Source: Guillardia theta CCMP2712
Lineage: Eukaryota; Protista; Cryptophyta
Length of the DNA: 64,000 nt
Reading direction: 5' to 3'
Assembly: GCF_000315625.1 (NCBI RefSeq)
Contig: NW_005434645.1
Coordinates: 643,033 to 707,032 of the forward strand
A model generated the notes under the pieces. That model saw only the letters and a list, made by a program, of their open reading frames with translations, was not told the DNA's origin and searched no databases. The translations under genes and the position numbers were made by a program. Shown here in pieces: positions 1-10,910 of the stretch (position 1 is the first letter of the stretch; each line of letters opens with the position of its first letter).

Positions 1-2935
1 AACCTCGTGCGGTGCCTGGACGGGTCTGTGTACTCGTGGGGTCTGGGATCGAGTGGCAGGCTGGGGCTGGGAAACTTCAAGTCTGTGCCGCAGCCCTGCA
101 AGGTCAGCGGGCTGGGAGAGGAGAGGTGCGTGTCGGTGGCTGCCGGGTACTACCACTCGTTTGCTGTGATGGAGGGCGGGAAGCTGTTTGCTTGGGGGAA
201 CGGAACATGCGGCCAGTTGGGGACGGGGAAGTTCGAGAGCTGCTGCGAGCCAGTGCAGGTGGAGGAGCCAGGGAACGGGCAGCGATGGAGGGCGGTGAGA
301 GGAGGGGAGTACCATTCGCTGGGGATGACCGACGTTGGCTCCCTGTGGTCCTGGGGGCTGAACAACGACGGGCAACTGGGACACGGAGACGAGGAAAGGT
401 GTGGAAGACCAAAGGGGATCTCCGAGCTCGTCGGAACCAAGATCTCCTGCTTCTCCTGCGGGCCCAACTTCAATGTCGCCATCTCGAACGGATCGCAGGT
501 GAGACGGAGGGAGGGAGGGAGGGAGGGAGGGAGGGAGAGAGGAAGAGAGTGAAAGAGGTGGGAGGGAGGGAGGGAGGGGAGGGGGGGAGGGGCGAGAGAG
601 AGATAGGGAGGGAGGGAGGGAGGGCGGGAGGGAGGGAGGGTGCATTGAGATGACTGCTGGCATGATCCTTATCTCTCCTTGCAGGTCTTCTCCTGGGGTA
701 ACAATCGCTACGGCCAGCTCGGGCATGGCGACAAGGTTGAGCAGATTGTCTTGGTGGAGGCTTGACGAACGAGCTGCCAGGAGAACCGCAAGGTGCCGAC
801 GATGATTGTGAGTCTGGGGGGAGGAGCAAACATCGAGAAAGGTAGGAGGAAGAAACGTTGCGATCAGGCTCACATGGTCCCCTCGTCCTCTCAGTGAGCT
901 GCGGAGGGCGGCATGTGCTCGGGCTCGACAGGAAGGGACGCATATGGGCATGGGGCTGCAACGAGAGCGGGTGCCTGGGAATAGGAGACAACATCCCGCG
1001 ACTTGCTCCTGTTCCCATCAGCAACAGCGACAGCCTGGAGCTGCAAGAGGTGATAGAGGGCGGGGGGTGCTGGAGTTGAGAGCTGGCGGCTCAGATTGTC
1101 TGCGGGGTCTCGCACTCCATCTTCTTGTCCAAGTTCTCCGCCAGTGAGGTGCAGTCAAGGAAGTTCTACCAGGTGAGCAAGGAAGAGAAGTTGCAGAAGC
1201 CAGAGGAGGAGGAGGGAAAGATGGGTTGGAAGGGGAGGTGGGAAGGGAGAAGGGAATGGGACGGGGGGGGGGGGGAAGGGGGAAGAGGAGATCCGGAAAT
1301 CACAGGACGAGTCAGGAAGGCCTGTTGCATCACGACGACGTGGTAGAGGACGGCTTCTGCCTGTACCAGTATGGGGTTTCTTCCCGCTTCTTCCCTCTCT
1401 CGCTCGCGGAGAATTTTGCCTCGAAGCACGCGGTCGCAATCTCTGCCGATTTCATCACGGTCGCCAACCCTCAGGTGATGAGAAGTGGTGGAGGAGAGGC
1501 GGCAGAAGAATGTTGAAGACTGGAGCATGATGAGGAGAGGGGCTTTGCGGCATCTGGGACAAGGAGAGGGAGGGGGAGGGGGAGGGGGAGGCGAGGCAGA
1601 GCAGCTGAGGAGCATCGGCAGCTCGACAAGCGGCTGTCCGAAGTGTTGGACCGCATGCAGGAGTTGGCGCTACAGGTCGGAAGTGTGAAGCTGAGAGGAG
1701 GAGGAGGATGATATTTGCAACGAGAGCAGGCCTCCTCTCCCCTAGAGCGAGTTCGTATCCTCGCCCTCGCCGCCTACTACGAGCTAGGAGGAGCTCAAGT
1801 TGCTCTCAATGAGGTGAGGCCAAGACCGCAACCCTCCCTTGTTGCCCTCCTGTTTCTGAACGCCTGCCTGCCCGCCTGCTGGTCGGCCTGCCTTCCTGCC
1901 TTCCTGCCTTCCTTCCTGCCTGTCCTTGTAATCACCTTCTCGTTTCATTTCATTGTTTGTCTTCTCCTCTGTCCCCTTCGTTCCTCTTTCCACGATCTTC
2001 TCTTTCCCGCTCATCCCCCCCCCCCCCAGGTGAGCAAGCGACACATAACCCAGCTGATGGAACGCAAGTAAGACCCACCTCCAGTATTTCCCCCCCTCCT
2101 CCTCCCACCTAAGTTCTTTCCTCCACCTTCATTCCCTCCTGCTCGTCTTGTGCTTGCTACCTCCTTCTTCTACTCCTGTGGCACCCTCACCTTCGCTCCT
2201 AGACAAGACAGCAGCGGCCTCGTTCCTCTGGGATCCATCAGGTGCCTCTCCCCTGCTGTCTTGCTCGCTCATGCTGCATCAGGCTAGGGGACAGCAGGCA
2301 CAGAAGCCTTCTCTTCAAGCTTGCCTGCGACAGGATGGGAGTGCCGTGTGCCCTGCTGCGAGGCTCGCTTCCTCCGAGTGAGAACGTTGGCTGCAGTTCC
2401 ATGGCTCGTGTCTGACTCCGTCCAGACATAGGAGAAGGAGCGTTTCTCGACACCACGTTGTGCTCCACTGAGGAAGGATACGAGAAAGTGTAGGGTTGCC
2501 TCCTCCTCCTGCCTCCTTTGCACCAACTATCCCTCCTGCTGTCAGGGAGCGTTCTTGACTGCACGCAGGCACCACTGGAACATAGTGAAGCTGGAGCAGG
2601 AGCAGGTACGGCCAGAAGGGATGTAAGGGAACGAGTTTCTAGAGACAATGCGAGAGCAGGGGAAGGGAGGGGGAGGGGGAGGGGGAGGGGATCGAGGAGA
2701 GGGAGTTCGAAGTGACTTTTGATCAGTGCTTTATTGTCGACACTGTCGGTTTACCATCAAATGTCCACATGCTCGAGGACAGCTCGGACTTTCTCACTCA
2801 GGTTCTGATGCTTTCCGCCGTCACTCTTCTCCCCTCCTCTTCTCCAACATCCTTGTTGTTAACCTCTCTCCTCCTTCTTCCTTCTTCTTCCCCTCACTTC
2901 TGTGTCCAGATGGGGTTAGCAGACAAGGATCAGGA
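1..2935 (+). CDS. RCC1-repeat protein (5' end outside window, multi-exon)
   Basis: Successive RCC1 motifs VYSWGLGSSGRLGLG, VAAGYYHS, LFAWGNGTCGQLGTG, GGEYHSL, LWSWGLNNDGQLGHG, SCGGRHVL, IWAWGCNESGCLGIG; GT-AG introns such as 499-684; C-terminal exons unrecognised. Confidence 0.85.
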
Positions 2936-3174
2936 GTGAGGAGGTTCCTTCTCTGTCGTCTTTCTGTTTGTCCCGCGCACTCATTTAAATTGTACTCTCC
3001 TCCTGCACCTGTCCTTCTTCCCCTACCCTCCTCTCGCATCCGTATCATCGATATCTTGGCTTGTTCTCGCAACTCCATCGACAACATTTCGACAATCACA
3101 ATGTACCTCTTTTACAATCATTATCATCGTATTACATTACCTATGTCGTTGTCATCCTCAACATATCTCCATCA

Positions 3175-3198
3175 TTATCGTCGTCGTCGTCGTCGTCG

Positions 3199-3230
<32 letters not shown>

Positions 3231-3290
3231 TCAATCATCATAATCATCTCCAACATCATCACCTCAATCATCATCATCTCCTCAATCATG
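3175..3290. repeat. (CGT)n/(CAT)n microsatellite
   Basis: Direct reading; runs into the N gap. Confidence 0.9.
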
Positions 3291-3390
3291 NNNNNNNNNN
3301 NNNNNNNNNNNNNNNNNNNNNNNNNNNNNNNNNNNNNNNNNNNNNNNNNNNNNNNNNNNNNNNNNNNNNNNNNNNNNNNNNNNNNNNNNN
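3291..3390. other. Assembly gap (100 N)
   Basis: N run. Confidence 1.
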
Positions 3391-4428
3391 CGAGCCTTGG
3401 GAGCATACGAGCCTTGGGAGCATACGAGCCTTGGAAGCACACGAGCCTTGAGAGCATACGAGCCTTGGGAGCATACGAGCCTTGGGAGCATACGAGCCTT
3501 GAGAGCATACGAGCCTTGGGAGCATACGAGCCTTGAGAGCATACGAGCCTTGGGGGCACCCGAGCCTTGAGAGCACACGAGCCTTGAGAGCATACGAGCC
3601 TTGAGAGCATACGAGCCTTGAGAGCATACGAGCCTTGAGAGCATACGAGCCTTGGGAGCATACGAGCCTTGGGAGCATACGAGCCTTGGGAGCATACGAG
3701 CCTTGAGAGCATACGAGCCTTGAGAGCATACGAGCCTTGGGAGCATACGAGCCTTGGGAGCATACGAGCCTTGGGAGCATACGAGCCTTGAGAGCATACG
3801 AGCCTTGGGAGCATACGAGCCTTGGGAGCATACGAGCCTTGAGAGCATACGAGCCTTGAGAGCATACGAGCCTTGGGAGCATACGAGCCTTGGGAGCATA
3901 CGAGCCTTGAGAGCATACGAGCCTTGAGAGCATACGAGCCTAAATATACGAGCCTTGAGAGCATACGAGCCTTGGGAGCATACGAGCCTTGGGAGCATAC
4001 GAGCCTTGGGAGCATACGAGCCTTGAGAGCATACGAGCCTTGAGAGCATACGAGCCTTGGGAGCACACGAGCCTTGAGAGCATACGAGCCTTGAGAGCAT
4101 ACGAGCCTTGGGGGCATACGAGCCTTGGGAGCATACGAGCCTTGAGAGCATACGAGCCTTGGGAGCATACGAGCCTTGAGAGCATACGAGCCTTGAGAGC
4201 ATACGAGCCTTGGGAGCATACGAGCCTTGGGAGCATACGAGCCTTGGGAGCATACGAGCCTTGAGAGCATACGAGCCTTGGGAGCATACGAGCCTTGAGA
4301 GCATACGAGCCTTGAGAGCATACGAGCCTTGGGAGCATACGAGCCTTGGGAGCATACGAGCCTTGGGAGCATACGAGCCTTGAGAGCATACGAGCCTTGG
4401 GAGCATACGAGCCTTGAGAGCATACGAG
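3391..4428. repeat. 17-bp tandem satellite CGAGCCTTG(A/G)GAGCATA, left arm (~61 units)
   Basis: Head-to-tail 17-mers, nearly invariant except one A/G position. Confidence 0.97.
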
Positions 4429-4429
4429 A

Positions 4430-4600
4430 TGTTGTATACACAACCTTGCGTAAGACGTTGAGCTCAGATGATCTTAGGATCTCTGTTTATTAAGCACACA
4501 CGCTCATCAGATCAGCAGCACCACTGCAGGAATCTGCATCGTCATCCTATTTCCCTACGCTACGTCCAAGGGGCGTCCGGTATGAGTCCAGAATACAACA
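4430..4600 (-). repeat. 3' LTR (171 bp)
   Basis: 8-bp terminal inverted repeat TGTTGTAT...ATACAACA; identical to 6854-7024; AATAAA on minus strand. Confidence 0.95.
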
Positions 4601-4612
4601 TCGCTCCCACTG
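4601..4612 (-). promoter_or_regulatory. Putative polypurine tract
   Basis: Minus-strand AGTGGGAGCGA abutting the 3' LTR; imperfect purine run. Confidence 0.55.
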
Positions 4613-4665
4613 CGAGACGACAAGAAGGTCCACCTGTCGTTGACTTCGCTCAGAAGAATCTTGAG

Positions 4666-6852
4666 TTAAGGATCTGCAGAAGAAGAGGAAGAAGAGCGGC
4701 GGGAAGGTGACGCTTGAGCTAATAAAGAAGATTCAAATTGTTGAATTAAAGCACGAATACCAGATTTCTTGTTGAGTTCAGAAGCTGATTTCCAGGAGTG
4801 ATCAGCTGGGTTAGGATAGCCTTTCCAATGAACAAGATATTGGATACCACGACCACGTTGACGTTTGTCGAGAATTTGTTCCACTTCGTATTCAAGTCCT
4901 TGAGCTGTCGAAAGAGGATCCGGTCGATCGACGTGAAGCTCGAAGTTGGGATCACGGTCCTGATGGGGGCGAAGCCACTTGAGGTTGAAGACGCTGTGTT
5001 CAAGATGACGAAAGCGATCTGTCAGTTCGAGATGAACAGTGTTGTCAGAAACAAAGGAGAGGATCTTGAAGGGACCGATGAAACGAGGACGGAGCTTGGG
5101 AAAGCTGTCGGTGATTGGAATATTCGTCGTTGAGAGCCACACGAGATCGCCGATGTTGAAATGGTGAGGGCGACGGTGGTGGTCTAGGGTTTGTTCAGTT
5201 GAACGAGCCATGTGATCGAGGGCATCGCGAGCTGCTTCCATGTGCACTTGGATGGCTTCGCGAATGTCTTCAGGATCATCAGACGAGTTGGAAAGGTCAG
5301 GGAGAGCCAGTTGAGTTTTGACGTTGCGGCCATAAATAATCTCGAATGGCGCAAGGCCTGTTGAACGTTTGACGGAAGAATTGTAATGCATCTCGAAGAG
5401 GGGAAGAAATCTGTCCCAGTCATGGTTGACGCGATTGGCACAGTAGATGCGAAGAGCTTCAATCAAGACGGAGTTGAGGCGTTCAGGTCGAGCATTGCCT
5501 TGAGGATAGTAAGGCGAAGAATGCTTGATTTTGACCTGCAAGATGTTGAAAAGTTTAGTCCAAAAGGCAGAAGAGAAGATTTTTGCATTATCTGAAATGA
5601 TTTCGTTGGGAAGGCCTTGGTTGGCGCAGACTTTCGAAACAAAAAGATCGGCAGCTTGTTGAGAGGTGAGAGTCTTCTTGCATGGAGACAGAAAGACACG
5701 TCCAGAAAAGTTGTCAACACAAACGAAGATCGAGTCGTAATGAGAACGAGTAGGCGGGAAGCCGGAAACAACATCGATGGAGATTGTAGCAAAACGATCA
5801 GACGGAGCTGCTTGACTGTGCGACGGTCCCATCTGTGGCTTGCGATAAGATTTGTATTGGATGCAAGATTGACAGGAAAGGATGTAACGTTCGACTTGTT
5901 GACGCATCGAGGGCCAATAAACAACAGGAACAAGAGCCAAATATGTTCGAGAGAAGCCGCGGTGACTGTGAAGGTCATGGGCACGGTATAGAACTTCTTT
6001 GCGAACAGATTGAGGAATACAAATGCGTTGTCGGTGAAGACTATCTGTTAGAATCAGGAGATGATTTTCAATGTGAAAATGCTTGTACGATGGGTTGTTT
6101 TGAACTGCTTGATAGATTGTAGAAAAGTATGAACACGAGGAATATGCTTGGACGATTGCGTCGTGAAGAGATTCAACGAGAGAAGCATTATCAGCAGGAG
6201 CATCGAGAGCAAGGAGATGATGAAAATCTTGATCATCTGAATGTAGGATTGCGTCATCGCGTGGAGGTGCGACGTCGTCGTCGGGATATTGGCGGCTGAG
6301 AGCGTCAGGGACGACATTATCGGTACCTTTTACGTGCGCGATCTCGACGATAGAGAATTCACTGAGAGTTTCTAACCAGCGGCGAAGACGACCTTTGAGA
6401 TCCTTTTGAGTTTGAAAGTACGTGAGAGCCTTGTGATCAGTACGAAGGATGATGGGCTTGCCAAGAAGATAAAATTGGAAGTGGAGAAGCACGTCTTTGA
6501 TGGCCAAAAGTTCGCGCTCAGTGGTTTGATAATTTCTTTCTGCATCAGTAAATAGGCGACTGTAGAATCCAATGACTTTCTCTTTGTTGTCAGCGTCGTA
6601 CTGAAGAAGAACACCGCCGAGAGCTGTGTTTGAGGCATCGGTGTGAACTTCTGTTCTAAGCGCTGGATCAAAGTGAGAGAGAATTGGGGAGGAGGTTAAC
6701 CGGTGTTTGAGAAGATCAAAGGCTTGCTGACACTCGGGAGTCCATTGAAAGACGACATTCTTACGAAGAAGAGCATGAAGAGGAGCGGCAATGTGGGCAT
6801 AGTTGCGAATAAAGCGACGGTAATATCCGGAGAGACCAACCTTCGCTACCAT
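4666..6852 (-). CDS. pol: Truncated Pol: RT thumb, RNase H, integrase (HHCC, DDE, GPF) and chromodomain
   Basis: GLSGYYRRFI; HTDAS/ERELLAI/RTDHKAL/DALSR; AHDLHSH..CQSC; ISIDVV/ISDNA/PERLN; RFIGPF; YEVEQILD..YLVHWKGY; no internal stops. Confidence 0.93.
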   Translation of the reverse strand: MVAKVGLSGYYRRFIRNYAHIAAPLHALLRKNVVFQWTPECQQAFDLLKHRLTSSPILSHFDPALRTEVHTDASNTALGGVLLQYDADNKEKVIGFYSRLFTDAERNYQTTERELLAIKDVLLHFQFYLLGKPIILRTDHKALTYFQTQKDLKGRLRRWLETLSEFSIVEIAHVKGTDNVVPDALSRQYPDDDVAPPRDDAILHSDDQDFHHLLALDAPADNASLVESLHDAIVQAYSSCSYFSTIYQAVQNNPSYKHFHIENHLLILTDSLHRQRICIPQSVRKEVLYRAHDLHSHRGFSRTYLALVPVVYWPSMRQQVERYILSCQSCIQYKSYRKPQMGPSHSQAAPSDRFATISIDVVSGFPPTRSHYDSIFVCVDNFSGRVFLSPCKKTLTSQQAADLFVSKVCANQGLPNEIISDNAKIFSSAFWTKLFNILQVKIKHSSPYYPQGNARPERLNSVLIEALRIYCANRVNHDWDRFLPLFEMHYNSSVKRSTGLAPFEIIYGRNVKTQLALPDLSNSSDDPEDIREAIQVHMEAARDALDHMARSTEQTLDHHRRPHHFNIGDLVWLSTTNIPITDSFPKLRPRFIGPFKILSFVSDNTVHLELTDRFRHLEHSVFNLKWLRPHQDRDPNFELHVDRPDPLSTAQGLEYEVEQILDKRQRGRGIQYLVHWKGYPNPADHSWKSASELNKKSGIRALIQQFESSLLAQASPSRRSSSSSSADP
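6835..6851 (-). promoter_or_regulatory. Primer-binding site, initiator tRNA-Met type
   Basis: Minus-strand TGGTAGCGAAGGTTGGT 2 nt after the 5' LTR; complements a tRNA 3' end ...CUUCGCUACCA; TGGTAGC is typical of tRNAi-Met PBSs. Confidence 0.8.
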
Positions 6853-6853
6853 A

Positions 6854-7024
6854 TGTTGTATACACAACCTTGCGTAAGACGTTGAGCTCAGATGATCTTA
6901 GGATCTCTGTTTATTAAGCACACACGCTCATCAGATCAGCAGCACCACTGCAGGAATCTGCATCGTCATCCTATTTCCCTACGCTACGTCCAAGGGGCGT
7001 CCGGTATGAGTCCAGAATACAACA
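6854..7024 (-). repeat. 5' LTR (171 bp)
   Basis: Identical to 4430-4600. Confidence 0.95.
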
Positions 7025-7484
7025 CGAGCCTTGAGAGCATACGAGCCTTGGGAGCATACGAGCCTTGGGAGCATACGAGCCTTGAGAGCATACGAGCCTT
7101 GAGAGCATACGAGCCTTGGGAGCACACGAGCCTTGAGAGCATACGAGCCTTGAGCGCATACGAGCCTTGAGAGCATACGAGCCTTGGGAGCATACGAGCC
7201 TTGGGAGCATACGAGCCTTGGGAGCATACGAGCCTTGGAAGCACACGAGCCTTGAGAGCATACGAGCCTTGGGAGCATACGAGCCTTGGGAGCATACGAG
7301 CCTTGAGAGCATACGAGCCTTGGGAGCATACGAGCCTTGAGAGCATACGAGCCTTGAGATCTTACGAGCCTTGGGAGCATACGAGCCTTGGGAGCATACG
7401 AGCCTTGGGAGCATACGAGCCTTGGGAGCATACGAGCCTTGAGAGCATACGAGCCTTGAGAGCATACGAGCCTTGGGAGCACGA
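7025..7484. repeat. 17-bp tandem satellite, right arm (~27 units)
   Basis: Same unit and orientation as 3391-4428. Confidence 0.97.
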
Positions 7485-7491
7485 ACTGAAG

Positions 7492-7726
7492 GGGATACAA
7501 ACTTGTAGCCTTCAAAGAGAGACGCAGATTTGCATGGGTGACGCAGATTTGCATGGAGTTTGAAGCTTTGAAGGCCAGGGAGATGAGGAGCTAATGAGGT
7601 GCTTCTGTACGAGTGACCTGCTTGGATCTCATACCCGTCTGCAGCATGTCAGCCCCCATTCAGATAGTTGGTTATCTCCCACTGAAACTAGCTATAATGA
7701 AATGGAAACAAGATAATGTATGGTAA
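7492..7726 (+). CDS. Probable terminal exons of the RCC1-repeat gene (GYKLVAFKERRRFAW/GDEELMS/MSAPIQIVGYLPLKLAIMKWKQDNVW*)
   Basis: Phase-compatible with the donor at 2936 (GA|GT ... AG|G); two further short GT-AG introns keep an open frame to TAA at 7724-7726; the N gap could hide exons. Confidence 0.4.
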
Positions 7727-7980
7727 ACAAGGTATTGTTTGGTGAAGAAGTTGTTTTGGTTCATAACAAATTGAATCACACGATATTCGAGATCGAATTT
7801 CTTCAATAGAGTTTAATGATATAGACAACCAATCCCTAGTTTTGCACCAAGAAAATTCTTTTCTTCTTCTCTAAGTTTCTCATCCATTGCAATTGCTGCA
7901 AACTTTCCCATCTTGGGAGGATTCCAAGACACGAACCAGGGGGAGGCGTTGGCATTTCTATCCCACCCAACCTTGCCCCT

Positions 7981-8421
7981 TGCTCTCTTCCATGTGATCT
8001 CACTCTCGCAAGCTCTCTTGCATGTGATGTCACTCTCGCAAGCTCTCTTCTACGTGATGTCATTCTGGCAAGCTCTCTTGTATGTGATGTCATACTCGCA
8101 AGCTCTCTTGTATGTGATGTCATACTCGCAAGCTCTCTTGTATGTGATGTCATACTCGCAAGCTCTCTTGTATGTGATGTCATACTCGCAAGCTCTCTTG
8201 CATGTGATGTCATACTCGCAAGCTCTCTTGCATGTGATGTCATACTCGCAGGCTCTCTTGCATGTGATGTCACTCTCGCAAGCTCTCTTCTATGTGATGT
8301 CATACTCGCAGGCTCTCTTGCATGTGATGTCATACTCGCAAGCTCTCTTGCATGTGATGTCATACTCGCAGGCTCTCTTCTATGTGATGTCATACTCGCA
8401 AGCTCTCTTGCATGTGATCTC
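7981..8421. repeat. 30-bp minisatellite AGCTCTCTTG(C/T)ATGTGATGTCATACTCGCA (~14.5 copies)
   Basis: 30-nt period visible directly. Confidence 0.95.
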
Positions 8422-9295
8422 GGATCTGCCAGTGTCATCGGGCTCGACTTTGAAAGGTGGCTCTTTTCTGACGCAATTTTCAAAGGGGTAAATTGAGGGG
8501 TGGGGGGGTGGGTGGGTCCTGGAAGGGTTCAGGAAGGTCGAATAGAAGGGGTTCTTGGGGGCAGTGTAATAGAAATTAGGGGGTAGGGGTAGTGAAACGA
8601 GTGAATTTATAGGGTACAATGGTGGAGTATGTGGGGTAGGGGGTAGTGGAAGGAAATGAATGTGAAAGCGGTTTACAGCTTGAGAAAGATGGCGGGTGAT
8701 CTTTAGGAAGGGAGGAGGAGGGACAGAAAATGAAAGAGCAGAGGAGGAGGAGGAGGAGGAGGAGGAGGAGAAGTGAAGAAGGAAAAGAGGAGAAGAAGAA
8801 GAACAGGAGGAGAGGTGAAGTCACACACTGACTTCAGAAGTAGAACCAAGGTATTAGGCAGGTGTAAGGGCAGGAAAGGAGGCAGGGAGGAAAGAAAAGA
8901 ATGAACAGAGGTAAAGTGAAGAAGATGAAAAGAAGGATGGAGTGAAGAACGTCTCACAAACAAGCTCAAGTGAACGGTAAGGGAAGAGATGATAAGAGGT
9001 GGATAGAGAAACAAAACGTCGTGGGAAAGTCAGGGGAGGGTTCAGGATGCAAAAGATGTCCAGGGCGGAAAGAGAGAGCAGAGCGAATGATACCAGACGA
9101 GTCGATAAATATGAAGAATAGAAGGATGTTGAACGAGGAGAATGGAATGCGAAGACGGAGAAAGTGGTACAAAAAGTAACACCAGCTCATTGCGGGAGGA
9201 AATAAACTCATTGATGATAGCACATGAACGCACACGAGTGATGGAATCAAAAGACATGTTCTCTGATGTTTCTACTTCTCATGCTCTTGCCCAGG

Positions 9296-10910
9296 ATGTT
9301 TCGCGCTAGAGATGTTCTTGCGGGGGCCCTTCTGTTCGCCTTCAGCCACCATACCGAAGCCTTCATGGGCTCGTCGCTCCCCTCCTTCAAGCTCAGATCC
9401 TCCAACGTCATGCGCTGCCAAGGGACTCCCCGACACGGCATTCTGTCCCTCAGGGCCATCGACACTCAGCAGGACAAGTCAGCTCGCACTGCAGTTGAGG
9501 AGTTCGTGTCCAACGGGAAGGCAAGGGATTGAACTGGGTGGGGAGGGGTCTGATGAGAGTTGACAGGAGATGAGCCTCTTTGCCAAGGAGCAGCTGTACC
9601 TTGATTGCTGTGCCGCCTACAACGTCGATGCAGAATCACTGCTGTCCGATGAAGATTATGAGAAGGTATGCCATGGCTCCGTCGGTCAGCAACCGAGTCC
9701 CTCATCCCCCTTCCCCCGCTGCTCCTCCTTGGCATACCATCCTCCTGACGAACTCTGCTGGACCACAGCTGAAGACAGATCTTACCTTCGAGGGATCACA
9801 AGTGAGACACCTCTGCTCCCTCCTCGCTCTCTGACCCCCCGCAGGTCATCCTCATGTCCAGAGAGGAGATCAAGTTCATGGTTGCAGCCAACAGGTACAA
9901 CAAAGGGAAGCCCATCATGAGCGATGAGGAGTTCGACACCTTGCGGAAGAAGGTCAGGAGGAGGATGCGGCTGTGTTGAGCTGCTCACTGTCTCTCAGCT
10001 CAAGAACAAGGGTTCCTTGGCTGTCAAGCACGAGGCCGCCTCCTGCAAGCTGGACGAGAGGTCCGCTGCTTCTTCCTGCTGCTCCTTGCTCCTGCTCTGT
10101 CTCATCTGTTGGCATCCAGTGGACGCAAAGTCTGCAAGGCCGACATTTTCCCTGACGAGGGCAAGAACGCCCTGCTGTACACTCCTGCCTTGGTGAGGAG
10201 ATGGAGGGAGGAGCGCGAAGATGGGAAGGAACACGTGGAGAGCGGGAGAAGATAGTGATGAGACAGGAGGGAGCGAGGAAGGACGAGGTCTGGGAGGAGA
10301 AGGCAGGGATTGATGAATGGGCTCAGGTATTGACCGCTCTGCTCTTCAACGAATGGGCGTTCTGGTTCAAGGTAAGACTCGTCCTATGTTGTCGCCCTAG
10401 CTCGAAGCCGTGGGGTGCTGCTGGGATCGTTAACATGTTCCTCCTTCCAGGGCTGGGACCCCATTCTCTCTCTCGTCCTCGGATCTCCCTTCATCGTTGT
10501 TGGCACCTACGTGCTCACCAACTTCATCTACTTCCAGAGCCCCTACATCGCCAAGGCAAGACCCGCCCTTCAACCCTCGGCCCCTACTCTTCACCCCCCT
10601 CTCCTCCCATCCCATCTTTTCTCCCTCCCGTCTCCTCATCTCCTCGTCTCCTTTTCCTCTCCACCCTCCATGTCATCTCCTCCTCCCATCCCGAGTAAGG
10701 GAGGAAGGCGTCCCGCCAGCACGTGACCGATGGCGGCAGGCAACGTGCCCCTCCTGCGGCACTCCTCAGAACATTTACTTTGGAGACATCCTCTGGGTTT
10801 CGGGAAAGCCGGTGGAGAGCTCAGTGCAGACGCAATGCTGCAACAAGGCATGTGGCGTCGAGCTCGTGGCCGACAAGAAGCGCATGATCGTCGAGTCGTT
10901 CTCCAAGTAG
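9296..10910 (+). CDS. PGRL1: PGR5-like protein 1, plastid-targeted (multi-exon)
   Basis: Signal peptide ending EA-F plus transit peptide; KEQLYLDC..YN..LSDEDYEKLK.DL.FEGS; YNKGKPIMSDEEFD.LRKKLK; two TM segments; CPSCG and C-terminal Cys cluster. Confidence 0.9.

Larger units (their letters stand above)
4430..7024 (-). mobile_element. Ty3/Gypsy chromovirus-type LTR retrotransposon, internally deleted (no gag, protease or RT core)
   Basis: Two identical 171-bp TG...CA LTRs, PBS, PPT-like tract, and a pol remnant with RNaseH, integrase and chromodomain. Confidence 0.95.

Noticed and set aside
3158-4443. Long ORFs (RMLPRLVCSQGSYAPKA)n, also at 6971-7554
   Set aside because: Translations of a 17-bp satellite that is stop-free on the minus strand; no coding evidence
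6835-6851. tRNA gene
   Set aside because: Only the 3' 17 nt including CCA are present; this is the PBS
3391-7484. CRISPR, telomere or centromere interpretation of the 17-bp array
   Set aside because: No unique spacers, eukaryotic context, internal location among genes and probably intronic; a centromere role cannot be supported from sequence
7836-8491. ORFs of 10-aa repeats on both strands
   Set aside because: By-products of the 30-bp minisatellite
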